Assembly: GCA_012521185.1 (NCBI GenBank)
Contig: JAAYMV010000014.1
Span: 3,082-67,081 of the forward strand
Direction: 5' to 3'
DNA length: 64,000 bases
Source: Bacillota bacterium
GTDB taxonomy: Bacteria; Bacillota; Limnochordia; Darwinibacteriales; DTU012
The notes below the pieces were generated by a model. It saw only the letters and a list, made by a program, of their open reading frames with translations. It searched no databases and was not told the origin of the DNA. A program made the translations under genes and the position numbers. Position 1 is the first letter of the stretch; each line of letters starts with the position of its first letter. Shown here piece after piece: positions 39,186-49,857 of this stretch.

Positions 39186-40844
39186 ATGGATAAGTATGTG
39201 ATTGGTGTTGACTTTGGCTCAGATTCAGTCAGAGCATTAGTAATCAATGCTCTAACAGGAGAGGAATTAGCTTCTGCTGTAGCGTATTACAAACGCTGGA
39301 TGGAAGGGAAGTATTGTGATCCTACGAAAAATCAGTTTCGGCAGCATCCATTAGACTACATCGAGGGGTTAACTGAATGTATTACAGAAGCCCTCGGTCA
39401 GTTATCGCCTGAAATAGCAGAACATGTTGTTGGAATTGGTATTGATACCACAGGCTCAACCCCATGTGCCATAGATAAGAATGGACAGCCACTAGCCCTT
39501 AGTCCTGAATTTGCCGAAAATCCTAATGCTATGTTTGTTTTATGGAAGGATCATACAGCAGTCAAGGAAGCCGCAGAAATTAATGAACAGGCTTGGCATC
39601 ATTCGGAAATTGACTATACTAAATACGTTGGCGGTATCTATTCGTCTGAATGGTTTTGGGCAAAAATATTGCACGTCTTGCGCGAAGATTCTCAAGTAAG
39701 AGAGGCAGCTTATTCTTGGGTAGAACACTGTGATTGGATTCCTGCTTTACTAGCTGGAGTTAATTCAGCGGATGCTATTAAACGCAGTCGTTGTGCAGCG
39801 GGTCATAAAGCTATGTGGCATGCGGAATGGGATGGATTGCCAAGTGAAGAGTTTTTAAAAGCAGTTGATCCCTTGTTACAAGGTTATTCTAAAATGTATC
39901 AAGATACTTATCCGTCAAATGAAATTGCTGGGACTCTATGTCAAGAATGGGCAGACAAATTAGGCTTAAAAGCTGGAATACCTATTGCGGTTGGTGCCTT
40001 CGATGCCCATATGGGCGCAGTAGGTGGAGGAGTAACTGCTAAAACTTTAGTCAAGATTATGGGTACTTCCACGTGTGATATTATGGTGGCGCCCTATGAA
40101 GTAATGCAGGATAAATTGGTCGCTGGTATTTGTGGTCAAGTAGATGGATCAGTGATCCCTGGAATGATCGGTTTAGAAGCAGGGCAATCGGCTTTTGGCG
40201 ATGTGTTTGCCTGGTTTAGACAAGTTTTATCCTGGCCTTTAGATGACTTGGTAGAAAAAGGAGAATTAAGCAAAGGAGTTAGGGATCAAGTTTTTGATTC
40301 TATGTTAGGAAATTTAACTGAAGCAGCAGCTAAAATTCCAGTTGAGGAAACTGGACTTGTCGCTCTTGATTGGTTAAATGGTCGACGCACACCTGATGCT
40401 GACCAAACCTTAAAAGGTGCTGTACTTGGTTTAACTTTAGGTTCTTCTGCACCGAAAATTTTCCGTGCCTTAGTTGAAGCAACAGCTTTTGGTTCTAAAG
40501 CTGTAGTTGATCGCTTCCGTGATGAAGGAGTAGAGATTGAGCAGGTTATTGCTTTAGGCGGAATTCCTAAGAAGAATCCTTTTGTAATGCAAGTAACAGC
40601 TAATGTATTTAACATGCCAATTAAAGTAGTAGATTCTGAGCAAGCCTGTGCTTTAGGAGCCGGAATCTTCGCAGCGGTCGTTGCTGGTGTTTATCTAGAT
40701 GTGAATGCTGCACAAAAAGTGATGAGCAGCAAATACGCTAGAACTTACTATCCTGAAGCAGATCAAGTTCAAAAGTATCTGGCGGTTTATGATAAATACT
40801 TATCTATTGGCAAGCTATTAGAAGATAGTTTAAGAGCTTTATAA
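39186..40844 (+). CDS. araB: Ribulokinase (FGGY carbohydrate kinase family)
   Basis: N-terminus DKYVIGVDFGSDSVRALV, FGGY family motifs and the ~550-aa size typical of AraB. Likely start at 39186 (GAGGGG + 7 nt). Confidence 0.85.
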   Translation: MDKYVIGVDFGSDSVRALVINALTGEELASAVAYYKRWMEGKYCDPTKNQFRQHPLDYIEGLTECITEALGQLSPEIAEHVVGIGIDTTGSTPCAIDKNGQPLALSPEFAENPNAMFVLWKDHTAVKEAAEINEQAWHHSEIDYTKYVGGIYSSEWFWAKILHVLREDSQVREAAYSWVEHCDWIPALLAGVNSADAIKRSRCAAGHKAMWHAEWDGLPSEEFLKAVDPLLQGYSKMYQDTYPSNEIAGTLCQEWADKLGLKAGIPIAVGAFDAHMGAVGGGVTAKTLVKIMGTSTCDIMVAPYEVMQDKLVAGICGQVDGSVIPGMIGLEAGQSAFGDVFAWFRQVLSWPLDDLVEKGELSKGVRDQVFDSMLGNLTEAAAKIPVEETGLVALDWLNGRRTPDADQTLKGAVLGLTLGSSAPKIFRALVEATAFGSKAVVDRFRDEGVEIEQVIALGGIPKKNPFVMQVTANVFNMPIKVVDSEQACALGAGIFAAVVAGVYLDVNAAQKVMSSKYARTYYPEADQVQKYLAVYDKYLSIGKLLEDSLRAL

Positions 40845-40856
40845 GGAGAGCTTAAT

Positions 40857-41546
40857 ATGTTAACAGAGCTAAGAAAAGAAGTCTTAGAGGCGAATCTGGA
40901 GTTAAATAATAAAGGATTAGTAGTGTACACTTGGGGGAATGTAAGCGGTATTGATCGGGAACTAGGTTTAGTGGTAATTAAACCTAGTGGCGTGCCTTAT
41001 GAGGAGTTGACTGCTGCGAATTTAGTGGTGGTGAATTTAGCAGGTGAGCTTGTAGAAGGTGATATGCGCCCTTCATCTGATTTGCCAACCCATTTAGAGC
41101 TTTATCGGCAGTTTCCAGAAATAGGTGGGGTAGCTCATACTCACTCTACTTATGCTACTGCTTGGGCTCAAGCTAAGACAGGAATTCCATGTCTAGGCAC
41201 GACTCATGCTGATCATTTTTATGGTGAAGTACCATGTACCCGTCCATTAACCCAAGAAGAAGTTCAAGGTGATTATGAACTAAATACGGGTAAAGTGATC
41301 GTAGAACATTTTCAAAAACTAAATTACCAAGAAATGCCTGCTGTTTTAGTAGCACAACATGGACCCTTTACCTGGGGTAAGAGTGCTACAGAGGCAGTAA
41401 TGAATTCAGTTGTATTAGAAGAAACTGCTACTATGGCAAGTTTAACTATTGGAATTAATCCAACAGTCCAGCCAATTTCTCAATACTTGTTAGATAAGCA
41501 TTTTTTACGTAAACATGGAGCAAATGCTTATTATGGACAAAAATAA
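40857..41546 (+). CDS. araD: L-ribulose-5-phosphate 4-epimerase (class II aldolase fold)
   Basis: 229 aa with the N-terminal pattern and metal-binding His motifs ([16 protein letters not shown]) characteristic of AraD. Confidence 0.85.
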   Translation: MLTELRKEVLEANLELNNKGLVVYTWGNVSGIDRELGLVVIKPSGVPYEELTAANLVVVNLAGELVEGDMRPSSDLPTHLELYRQFPEIGGVAHTHSTYATAWAQAKTGIPCLGTTHADHFYGEVPCTRPLTQEEVQGDYELNTGKVIVEHFQKLNYQEMPAVLVAQHGPFTWGKSATEAVMNSVVLEETATMASLTIGINPTVQPISQYLLDKHFLRKHGANAYYGQK

Positions 41547-41566
41547 AGCGACCCTTGTCGCTTTAT
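41544..41566. terminator. Bidirectional terminator between araD (+) and bioY (-)
   Basis: AAAGCGAC-cctt-GTCGCTTT with T-runs on both strands. Confidence 0.6.
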
Positions 41567-42115
41567 TTATATACCGATTTTAGCTTTCTGCAAACGGATA
41601 ACTAATAAGGTAGCAATGACTAGTTTAATAGTATCAAGCAAAATAAATGGTGCTACGCCAGTCGAGAAAGCTTGAAGGGCATTAAATTTAAGAACTAGCA
41701 TTAAACCAATTACCCCGCAAAAATAAGTAATGATAAGGCCAATTACTTGAGTTAAGAAGATAGCACCGGGTTGTGTAAATTTCCGTTTTTCTTGAATTAG
41801 TCCGATAACAAAAGCACAAATTACAAAACCCCATAGAAAACCTGCTGTTGGACCATATAACATGGCAAAGCCGCCAGTTCGATTGGAAAATACAGGTAAG
41901 CCAAGAGCTCCCAACAACAAATAGATTAATTGACTTAAAGCACCATAACGACTACCTAAAACTAATCCAGCCATAGCTGTAAAGGTTATTTGTAAGGTAA
42001 TGGGTACTGGTGAAAAAGGAATCGGTACGGAAATAAATCCGCCAATAGCTGTTAAGGCAGCAAATAAACTAACGTAACATAGCTTGACTATTGGTGTTTG
42101 GTTCAAGTTCTTCAC
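41567..42115 (-). CDS. bioY: Biotin transporter BioY (ECF S-component)
   Basis: 182 aa with six TM segments and a BioY-type conserved core (GGFISVPIPFSPVPITLQ…GALGLPVFS). Confidence 0.7.
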   Translation of the reverse strand: MKNLNQTPIVKLCYVSLFAALTAIGGFISVPIPFSPVPITLQITFTAMAGLVLGSRYGALSQLIYLLLGALGLPVFSNRTGGFAMLYGPTAGFLWGFVICAFVIGLIQEKRKFTQPGAIFLTQVIGLIITYFCGVIGLMLVLKFNALQAFSTGVAPFILLDTIKLVIATLLVIRLQKAKIGI

Positions 42116-42178
42116 CTCGTGGATAGTTATTTGCTTTGATTATAGCTGATAGAGCAAATCCTGTCAACCAAGTTGCAA

Positions 42179-43165
42179 TTATGGTTGACGGACAGAAACA
42201 TCAGCTGCCCAAAGATTTGTTAATTTACCGTTCTCTTTCTGAATTAAAAGGGAACCATCAGAGTTTATATCAATAGCTTTGGCGGTATAAGTCTGGTGAT
42301 GAGTATTTACGGTAATGTTTTTTCCTAACAAACACGAATATTCTCTGGCCAATGGAATCAGTTGTCCAAATTCACCTTTGATAAAGTTTAAATAGTTAGT
42401 TTCTAATTGCAGCAATAATTGATTCAATAACTTGATTCGATCAATGTGGTAGCCAAGTACATGGCTTAAAGATGTTGCTATGGCTTTAATTTCCTCAGGC
42501 CAGTTATCGGTTGCGCTGTTACAGTTAAGACCAATGCCGAGAACAAGGTATTTGATAGTTTCTGGATCAGCTGAGAGTTCAGTTAAGATACCACAAACTT
42601 TGCGATTATCGATCAGAATATCATTAGGCCATTTGATGACAGCAGGCAGTTGATAGTCTTTTCGCAGTACTTGAACAATGGAAATAGCCACTAATAAAGT
42701 AATTGTAGAAACTTCTGCTAATGACAGCTTTGGTCGAAGTAGCAGCGAAAAATATAGACCACCTGGCTCTGACAGCCAATTCCGTCCTCGCCGTCCCCGG
42801 CCTCTCGTCTGCCGCTCTGCAATAACTAGCAAACCTTCTGCAGTATCTTGTTTACCGTAATCTTTTGCTACATCGTTAGTTGAATCCGTTTCTTCTAAGG
42901 CAATAATTTGATTTCCTAACAGTTGAGTTTCTAAGACTGCTCTTATTTCACTACTGGTTAATTTATCTGGTTTGTTTATAAGACGATAACCCTGCCCAGG
43001 TATCGCTTGAATTATATAGCCTTGCTCCCTTAAATTATTGATATGTTTCCAAATTGCTGTTCGACTGACGCCTAACAATTGACTTAGCTGTGCTCCTGAT
43101 AAATTACCATTTTGCATCTCAAATAACTTGATGATATTTACTTCAATTTTATTCATATTGCTCAC
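42179..43165 (-). CDS. birA: Bifunctional biotin-protein ligase / biotin operon repressor
   Basis: N-terminal HTH (GAQLSQLLGVSRTAIWKHINNLREQG), BPL catalytic core (GRGRRGRNWLSEPG) and a C-terminal SH3-like domain. Confidence 0.85.
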   Translation of the reverse strand: MSNMNKIEVNIIKLFEMQNGNLSGAQLSQLLGVSRTAIWKHINNLREQGYIIQAIPGQGYRLINKPDKLTSSEIRAVLETQLLGNQIIALEETDSTNDVAKDYGKQDTAEGLLVIAERQTRGRGRRGRNWLSEPGGLYFSLLLRPKLSLAEVSTITLLVAISIVQVLRKDYQLPAVIKWPNDILIDNRKVCGILTELSADPETIKYLVLGIGLNCNSATDNWPEEIKAIATSLSHVLGYHIDRIKLLNQLLLQLETNYLNFIKGEFGQLIPLAREYSCLLGKNITVNTHHQTYTAKAIDINSDGSLLIQKENGKLTNLWAADVSVRQP

Positions 43166-43358
43166 ATCCTTGCTGTATAATTCGTTTTTGGTATTTTTTT
43201 ACCTGCTAGAACAGAGATTTAACGATATGTTTGGATTCGAGGTTAATTATTTGTTGTTTTATTGTATACTAACATATTATGGCAGGATTTTATAATAATA
43301 ATAGTAGAATAACTAGGGTGATTAATATTTGATTGTTCTGGATTAGGAGGACTAGACA

Positions 43359-44909
43359 ATGGAGAAGTTGAAAAAAGTGTGGGTGGCTGACCAAGGTGAT
43401 GGTACATATATTAATCCGATAATTCATGCTGACTATTCGGATCCAGACGTGATTCGAGTAGGTGATGATTTTTTCATGACCGCTTCTAGTTTTAACTGCA
43501 CACCTGGGTTACCTATTTTACATTCTAAAGATTTAGTTAACTGGAAATTAGTGAACTATGCGATTAAAAATGTAGACTTACCAGGCTATGAGCTACCAGG
43601 TCATGGTAAAGCGATTTGGGCTCCATCCATTCGTTATCATGACAATAAATTCTGGATTTGCGTAGGCTTACCTGATGAAGGTATTTATATGACTACAGCT
43701 GAGGATCCATTTGGCGAATGGTCACCGCTGTTTTTAGTTAAAGAAGGCAAAGGCTTAATCGATCCTTGTCCATTCTGGGATGATGACGGTCAAGCTTATT
43801 TAGTCCATGCTTTTGCTGCTAGTCGTGCTGGTCAACATATGAAGAGTAAGTTGATCTTACATCGGATGGCTCCAGATGGTACTAAAGTACTTGATGAAGG
43901 TAAGATTATTTTTGATGGCACTAAAGATCATCCAACTCTTGAAGGTCCAAAAATGTATAAACGTAATGGTTACTATTACATTATGGCACCAGCTGGCGGT
44001 GTGTCTACTGGCTGGCAAACCATTTTCCGCTCAAAAGATGTTTGGGGACCTTACGAAGATAAAATTGTTTTGGCTCAAGGTAATACTGAAATCAATGGTC
44101 CACACCAAGGTGGTTGGGTAGAATTAGAATCTGGTGAATCTTGGTTTATTCACTTCCAAGATAAAGGTGCTTACGGTCGAATTACTCATTTGCAACCAGT
44201 TCGCTGGGAAGATGATTGGCCATTAATGGGGCATAACCAGGATGAAAATGATGTTGGTGAACCAGTTTTACGCTGGCAAAAGCCGAAGGTAGGCAAAGAA
44301 TATCCAATCGAAGTAATTGACACATCTGATTTATTTGATGGTGATCAACTGGGATTACAATGGCAATGGTTTGCTAATCATCAAGATGATTGGTACGAGC
44401 TTGGAGAGTTCGGTTTACGTTTACATGCAGTTGGTATACCTCTAGAGGAAAAAACTATGTGGAGTGTACCAAATATTTTAGCTCAAAAATTCCCAGCCCT
44501 ACAGTTTAGTGTAACAACCAAGATGACAGCTAATTTGAAAAAGCCAAGTGAAAAAGCTGGTTTAGTAATTACAGGGGATAAGTATTGCTACTTAGCAGTT
44601 CATCAGACTGAAGATGGTTGGACTTTAAGCCGTTTTGAAGGCAATAAAGATCAACAGGAGGAAGGCGACAAGTTCATTAGTTCTGTGCAGTTACCATCTA
44701 ATGAAGTGTACTTAAGGGTAGAAGTTGTCAAAAACGCTTTATGCACCTTCAAATATAGCTTAGATGGCAAAGAATATTACACTATAGGTGAACAGTTCCA
44801 AGCTGTTAAAGGACGTTGGATTGGAGCCAAAGTCGGTTTGTACTGTATTGATGAAAATTCAGGAGAAGGCTCAGCTGATTTCCAATACTTTATTGTGGAA
44901 GAGATTTAG
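43359..44909 (+). CDS. Glycoside hydrolase family 43 (β-xylosidase/α-L-arabinofuranosidase-type), cytoplasmic
   Basis: 5-bladed propeller motifs (DPDVIRVGDDFFMTASSF, catalytic Asp/Glu contexts) plus a C-terminal β-sandwich. No signal peptide. Confidence 0.85.
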   Translation: MEKLKKVWVADQGDGTYINPIIHADYSDPDVIRVGDDFFMTASSFNCTPGLPILHSKDLVNWKLVNYAIKNVDLPGYELPGHGKAIWAPSIRYHDNKFWICVGLPDEGIYMTTAEDPFGEWSPLFLVKEGKGLIDPCPFWDDDGQAYLVHAFAASRAGQHMKSKLILHRMAPDGTKVLDEGKIIFDGTKDHPTLEGPKMYKRNGYYYIMAPAGGVSTGWQTIFRSKDVWGPYEDKIVLAQGNTEINGPHQGGWVELESGESWFIHFQDKGAYGRITHLQPVRWEDDWPLMGHNQDENDVGEPVLRWQKPKVGKEYPIEVIDTSDLFDGDQLGLQWQWFANHQDDWYELGEFGLRLHAVGIPLEEKTMWSVPNILAQKFPALQFSVTTKMTANLKKPSEKAGLVITGDKYCYLAVHQTEDGWTLSRFEGNKDQQEEGDKFISSVQLPSNEVYLRVEVVKNALCTFKYSLDGKEYYTIGEQFQAVKGRWIGAKVGLYCIDENSGEGSADFQYFIVEEI

Positions 44910-44917
44910 ATTTTATT

Positions 44918-44953
44918 AAAGCCGGTTGGATAGTCAATCTAACCGGCTTTTTC
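44918..44953 (+). terminator. Rho-independent terminator
   Basis: AAAGCCGGTT…AACCGGCTTT followed by TTT. Confidence 0.7.
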
Positions 44954-45042
44954 ACCATTGTTTTTACTAGTGAACTAGACTATACTAAAAGGGCAGAGTA
45001 GTAATTTAGTAGTTTAGTAAACTAGTAGAATGAGGTGATTGA

Positions 45043-45522
45043 ATGAAGATCCCAACGAGTTTAAAGCATAAGCCGGTTATTGTTTCGGAAAATTACAGTA
45101 ATGTAGATGGGCGACAAGCTTATGAATCAGATGCAAAAGGCCTTTCTCTAGGTTTGGCTCAATGGAATGATCGAGGCAATGTAGATATTTCAGCTAAAGT
45201 ATGGCGACATACTGGCGAAAAATGGTCACGCCAATCAGAAGAACTGCCATTACATCGTGTGCTAGACTTAGCCATTCTCATAGCCAGAACAAAATTGCAT
45301 TTTCGTGATGCTTATCGTTATGAAAAATTATATGATCCAGACAATCCAGTAATAGATCGGATTGGCTTACAAGGGGATGCGATGACTGTAGCTGTGTGTA
45401 CAGAGAATGAGAAGATTGATCAAGATCTTCAGCTTTTCCAAGAGGCTCTTATTAAAGATGATGAGCTCTTGGCAGAACGTTTACGGACTTTAGCAAGAAT
45501 TTTACGTGAAATGGGTTATTAG
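45043..45522 (+). CDS. Hypothetical cytoplasmic protein (159 aa)
   Basis: Good RBS (GAGGTGA). No recognisable motif. Confidence 0.4.
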   Translation: MKIPTSLKHKPVIVSENYSNVDGRQAYESDAKGLSLGLAQWNDRGNVDISAKVWRHTGEKWSRQSEELPLHRVLDLAILIARTKLHFRDAYRYEKLYDPDNPVIDRIGLQGDAMTVAVCTENEKIDQDLQLFQEALIKDDELLAERLRTLARILREMGY

Positions 45523-45542
45523 TTTGCGGAAGGAGCAGGAAA

Positions 45543-47483
45543 GTGATTACAGTTTTTGAAAATGATTATGCTGAACTGGATGTTGGAGTTTTTCCCCATG
45601 ATTATTCTGCGTTAGGAGAGTACCATTTGGCTTTTCCACCTGGCAGAACAGGACCTTGGATTGCTTCCACTGTTCACCATTCCTGGCGTGGAAATCCTTC
45701 ATGGATTATTACTACAGAAAATGGAAAAAAGGTCTTAGAACAGGCTTGTATTCGCCAAAAGTTTTTGCCAATGCTGGTTACTGGTGATTTTAAGTGGCAG
45801 GATTATCAAATTGACACAGTTTTTAGACCTTTGTCCTTAAATGGTGCATTTGGGATAGTATTCCGTTACCAAACTAGTCGTCATTGGTATGCACTTTGGT
45901 ATGATCATGAAAAATTGCAAATTGTAGTGAAAGAGGATGACTTGTTTCAAGTCTTATCAGAAACAGCTTGGACACCAAGTTGTGATCTGTATTATCCTGT
46001 GACAATCAAAGTAGATGGAAACCAGTTTTCGGCCATAGTTGATGGTATAGAATTATCTGCTGCGGATGAACGTTACACCACCGGAAAGGTAGGTTTTGCT
46101 GGTACCCATCCAGTACGGTTTGGCAAGATCTCAGTTCAAATGGAATCTGCTAAATATGAAGCCTATTTACAAGAGCAAGAAGAAGAAGAACAATTAATCC
46201 GAAAAAAACGGGCATCCTTACCCCAGCCAAAGCTATGGAAAAAGATTCCGACCCCTGGATTTGGTGCTGGTAAGAGTATTCGTTTTGGCGATCTAGATAA
46301 TGATGGGCGACAAGAGATCTTATTAGCGCAAAATATTCGTCGGATGCGCGGTGACAATTTTAGTGAGATTAGTTGTCTAACAGCTATTGACTTAGACGGT
46401 AACGTGTTATGGCAAATTGGTGAACCTAATCCAGCGAACGCCTTGGTTTCTAATGATTTACCGATGCAAATTCATGATATTGATGGAGATGGAGAGCAGG
46501 AAGTTATCTTCTGTAAAGACTTTAAAATCAAAGTTGTGAATGGAAAAACAGGTGAGTTAAAATATGAAGCACCTACTCCAGTTGCACCGCCTCATAAAGG
46601 CGATAAAATGCCAGAAACTCAGTATCATAGAATTACAGGAGATTCCATTTACTTTTGTGACCTGACTGCTCAAGGTGAGCCGCGCGATATGATTATTAAA
46701 GATCGTTATAATAATATTTGGGCTTATACTTGGGATTTAAAGCAGTTGTGGCATTATCAGGGTAACTCTGGTCATTTCCCAATGGCTTGTGATATTGATG
46801 GAGATGGTAAAGATGAGATCCTGATTGGTTACACATTATTAGACCATGATGGTACAGTAATGTGGTCATTGGATATTGGTGATCATGCTGATGGTGTAGC
46901 AATTGGTAAATTTGCTGGTGATGACGAATGGCAGTTTATTATTGCAGCTAGTGATGAAGGTATGTACTGGGTAGATTACCATGGAAATATAGTTAAACAT
47001 CATCGGATTGGTCATGCACAAACTGCAACTATCGCACCTTTTTATCAAGGGTCAAACGAGTTGCAAGTTGTTACAGTAACTTTCTGGGGCAATCCTGGAA
47101 TTATTATTTACTTTGATGCTAAAGGTAACATTCTCAAACGTATGGAGCTAATAGCCCCCTTTGGTACTCCATTATCTCCAGTGAATTGGGATGGGTCTGG
47201 TAGAGAATTGATTTTATTATCCGGTCACCCAACTTTTGGCGGTTTAATTGATGAGGATGGGCATCGAGTAGTAATGTTCCCAGATGATGGACATCCTTAT
47301 CTCTGTTGTGAACCAATGGATTTAACCGGTGATGGCCTGGATGAAATCCTATTATGGGATGAAAACGAAATCTGGATTTACACGCAGGACCAACCAAGTA
47401 AGAATACTGGTTATCAGCCAGTACGTCAACCATCTTATAACATGTCCAACTATCGGGCTCAATTATCCTTACCGAAGAAGTAG
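45543..47483 (+). CDS. Cytoplasmic two-domain protein: N-terminal lectin/LamG-like (DUF1080-like) jelly-roll plus FG-GAP/VCBS-type β-propeller with DxDGDG calcium-binding repeats
   Basis: DxDGDG repeats: FGDLDNDGRQEI, HDIDGDGEQEV, CDIDGDGKDEI, MDLTGDGLDEI. No signal peptide. GTG start after GGAAGGAG. Function unassigned, possibly a PL11-like or other carbohydrate-active propeller. Confidence 0.45.
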   Translation: MITVFENDYAELDVGVFPHDYSALGEYHLAFPPGRTGPWIASTVHHSWRGNPSWIITTENGKKVLEQACIRQKFLPMLVTGDFKWQDYQIDTVFRPLSLNGAFGIVFRYQTSRHWYALWYDHEKLQIVVKEDDLFQVLSETAWTPSCDLYYPVTIKVDGNQFSAIVDGIELSAADERYTTGKVGFAGTHPVRFGKISVQMESAKYEAYLQEQEEEEQLIRKKRASLPQPKLWKKIPTPGFGAGKSIRFGDLDNDGRQEILLAQNIRRMRGDNFSEISCLTAIDLDGNVLWQIGEPNPANALVSNDLPMQIHDIDGDGEQEVIFCKDFKIKVVNGKTGELKYEAPTPVAPPHKGDKMPETQYHRITGDSIYFCDLTAQGEPRDMIIKDRYNNIWAYTWDLKQLWHYQGNSGHFPMACDIDGDGKDEILIGYTLLDHDGTVMWSLDIGDHADGVAIGKFAGDDEWQFIIAASDEGMYWVDYHGNIVKHHRIGHAQTATIAPFYQGSNELQVVTVTFWGNPGIIIYFDAKGNILKRMELIAPFGTPLSPVNWDGSGRELILLSGHPTFGGLIDEDGHRVVMFPDDGHPYLCCEPMDLTGDGLDEILLWDENEIWIYTQDQPSKNTGYQPVRQPSYNMSNYRAQLSLPKK

Positions 47484-47490
47484 TTATTAT

Positions 47491-47524
47491 AAAGCTGTTT
47501 AGCATAATGCTAGACAGCTTTTTC
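47491..47524 (+). terminator. Rho-independent terminator
   Basis: AAGCTGTTTAGCAT/ATGCTAGACAGCTT hairpin followed by TTTTT. Confidence 0.7.
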
Positions 47525-47609
47525 CGTTTGCTAGCAGGAAAGAAAGTTTGAAAAATTGAATAATAGAAATAGCTGTTAATGTTATAAACTTGAAAAGGAA
47601 GCGATATCT

Positions 47610-49841
47610 GTGGCTAAAATATTTAAATCAGTTGTTAAATATCGTTGGTTAGTATTGCTTTTTTTTACATTGGTGACGGTTTTTTTTAGCTATCATTTAT
47701 TTAATCTTCAATTAGACACCAATGTTACTAATTTAACGACTGGCAGTGAAGAAGAGGCTAAAGCTATTGAACAAGCAGCCCGAGATTTTGCTGTTAGTGA
47801 TCCCTTACAGATAATTTTGCTTGGTGATACTAATAACCCAGAAATGCTGCAAAAAGCTGCTAATACTGTTTATCAAATCCGAGCTTTACCAGATGTTTTT
47901 CAGTTATTAAGTCCCTTTGATACTACGTATTTTTCAGCAGTCGGGTTTCTGTTACAAACCTTTCCAGTAGCACCAAAGGTGCCAGAAACAAGCGATGAAG
48001 TTAAAGCTTTTAAAAATAAATTAGCGATGTCGCCAAATGGGAAAATGATGATTAGCGCCGATGGTGATGCCTTGTTATTAGAAGCATATATACAAGGTGC
48101 TGGTGGAACACGGGGAAACCGAGTAGTTGCTAAGATTGAAGAGCTGCTTAATGAGACATGGGGTAAAGATAACTATGCTATTACCGGCAGTGCTTATTTA
48201 ACCTATGCCGCTGAACAAAGCATTATTCGTGACATTATGGTACTTTTTCCGCTTGCAGCAATCATTGTACTTGTAGTTTTGTATTTGAGTTTTCGCAATT
48301 GGTGGTGTATCTGGGCTCCTGCTTTAACCGTTTTTATAGCAATTGTGGTTAGTATGGGGATGATGGCCTGGTTAGGCTATCCTATTACTATGGTGAGTGC
48401 GATTATGCCTGTGTTGCTGGTGGTAGTAGCATCAGCTGACGGCATTCACATTATCCATACCTATCAAGAAAAGTTAACGGTTGCTCGCGGTAAAGAGGAA
48501 GCAATTTTAGTAACTATGAATCAGTTAGCTGGACCAGTAATTATGACCAGCTTAACTACAGCCTTAGGTTTAATCTCTTTGCGCAGCTCAACAGTAATTC
48601 CCGTAAAAGATTTTGGTACATTTTCCGCTTTAGGGGTTATTGTAGCTCTATTCTTTGCCTTGTTTGGAATTCCAGCTTTATTAGCTGTTTTACCTCCTTT
48701 ATATCGAACGAAAGCAAGACAAAAGCAAGTAAATTATGATAATAAGCTGTTAGTTAAGTTTAGTAGATTTGTTAGTCGCCGAGCTTATCTTGTTGGAATT
48801 ATAAGTATAGTGATTTTGCTATTCTGTACTTATGGTATGAGAAACTTAACTGTAGAATCGAACGTAGCTCGTTACTTTAAAAGTGGCAGTCGAGTAACTG
48901 CTGGAATTAACTTATATGAAGAGAAATTTGCTGGGTCTTCTAAGGTTTTGGTAATTGTAGACACAGGCAAAAGTCTAGGGGCAGTTGATACAGACTTTCT
49001 GCCAGTTCTGGATCAGTTGGAACAATATATCCGAACTGTTTCCTTAGTCACCGATACTATGTCGATCGCTTCTATTGCCCGAGATTTTACGCCTGATGGT
49101 CAGTTATACCCTAGTTTAGTTAGACTGGTATATCGCCAATTACCACAAATGTATACCAGAGCTTTTCTCAGCCGTGACAATCAAAGCAAAACAGCTATTC
49201 ATGTAAATATAAAAAGTGCTCGAACATCGCAGCTTTCTGCTACTTTAAATCAATTAGAAAGTGGTTTGCAAGAGCTTGCCCCTGATGAGCTATCGATTAC
49301 AGTTGCGGGTATACCAAAAATTATTCAGTATCACATGGAACGCTTCTCCCAAAGTCAAATAGTAAGTTTGTTTTGGTCGGCTGTTACGGTCTTATGTTTA
49401 CTAATTCTATTTTTCCGTTCTTTTAGACTAGGATTATTAGGAATCTTGCCTTTGTTATTTACTGTTGGTATTAATTTTGGGGTAATGGGTTGGCTCGATA
49501 TACCGTTAGATGCAGCCACAATCTTGATTGGTAGTATTGCTATTGGCATCGGCATTGATTATTCAATCCATTTTATTAATAGAGTCGCTGTAGAGGAAAG
49601 TTTAGGATGGCAATTATCCGAAGCTTGTGAGCGAACGATTCAAACTACTGGTCGTGCCATATTAATTAATGCTTCAACACTAATTTGTGGCTTTGGCATT
49701 TTGGCATTTTCTGTTTTTACTACTGTTTCGATTTTCGGTTCATTAATGGCCTTTACTATGGCTACAAGTTCTTTAGCAGCTGTAATTGTCTTGCCTGCAT
49801 TATTACAGCAAACTGGAAGAAGTTTACGAAAAATAAAATGA
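47610..49841 (+). CDS. MMPL/RND-superfamily membrane transporter (12 TM, two large extracytoplasmic loops)
   Basis: 743 aa with an N-terminal TM then a large loop, two TM bundles (SSD-like), and conserved GxDxxIH-type motifs ([25 protein letters not shown]). GTG start. 16-bp gap to araA. Confidence 0.7.
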   Translation: MAKIFKSVVKYRWLVLLFFTLVTVFFSYHLFNLQLDTNVTNLTTGSEEEAKAIEQAARDFAVSDPLQIILLGDTNNPEMLQKAANTVYQIRALPDVFQLLSPFDTTYFSAVGFLLQTFPVAPKVPETSDEVKAFKNKLAMSPNGKMMISADGDALLLEAYIQGAGGTRGNRVVAKIEELLNETWGKDNYAITGSAYLTYAAEQSIIRDIMVLFPLAAIIVLVVLYLSFRNWWCIWAPALTVFIAIVVSMGMMAWLGYPITMVSAIMPVLLVVVASADGIHIIHTYQEKLTVARGKEEAILVTMNQLAGPVIMTSLTTALGLISLRSSTVIPVKDFGTFSALGVIVALFFALFGIPALLAVLPPLYRTKARQKQVNYDNKLLVKFSRFVSRRAYLVGIISIVILLFCTYGMRNLTVESNVARYFKSGSRVTAGINLYEEKFAGSSKVLVIVDTGKSLGAVDTDFLPVLDQLEQYIRTVSLVTDTMSIASIARDFTPDGQLYPSLVRLVYRQLPQMYTRAFLSRDNQSKTAIHVNIKSARTSQLSATLNQLESGLQELAPDELSITVAGIPKIIQYHMERFSQSQIVSLFWSAVTVLCLLILFFRSFRLGLLGILPLLFTVGINFGVMGWLDIPLDAATILIGSIAIGIGIDYSIHFINRVAVEESLGWQLSEACERTIQTTGRAILINASTLICGFGILAFSVFTTVSIFGSLMAFTMATSSLAAVIVLPALLQQTGRSLRKIK

Positions 49842-49857
49842 TGGAGGAGGAATTAGG

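Noticed and set aside
45543-47483. Calling the 646-aa propeller protein a PL11 rhamnogalacturonan lyase
   Set aside because: It shares DxDGDG calcium-loop repeats with PL11 but lacks the long conserved PL11 blocks seen in the three secreted paralogues, and it has no signal peptide. Left as an unassigned propeller.
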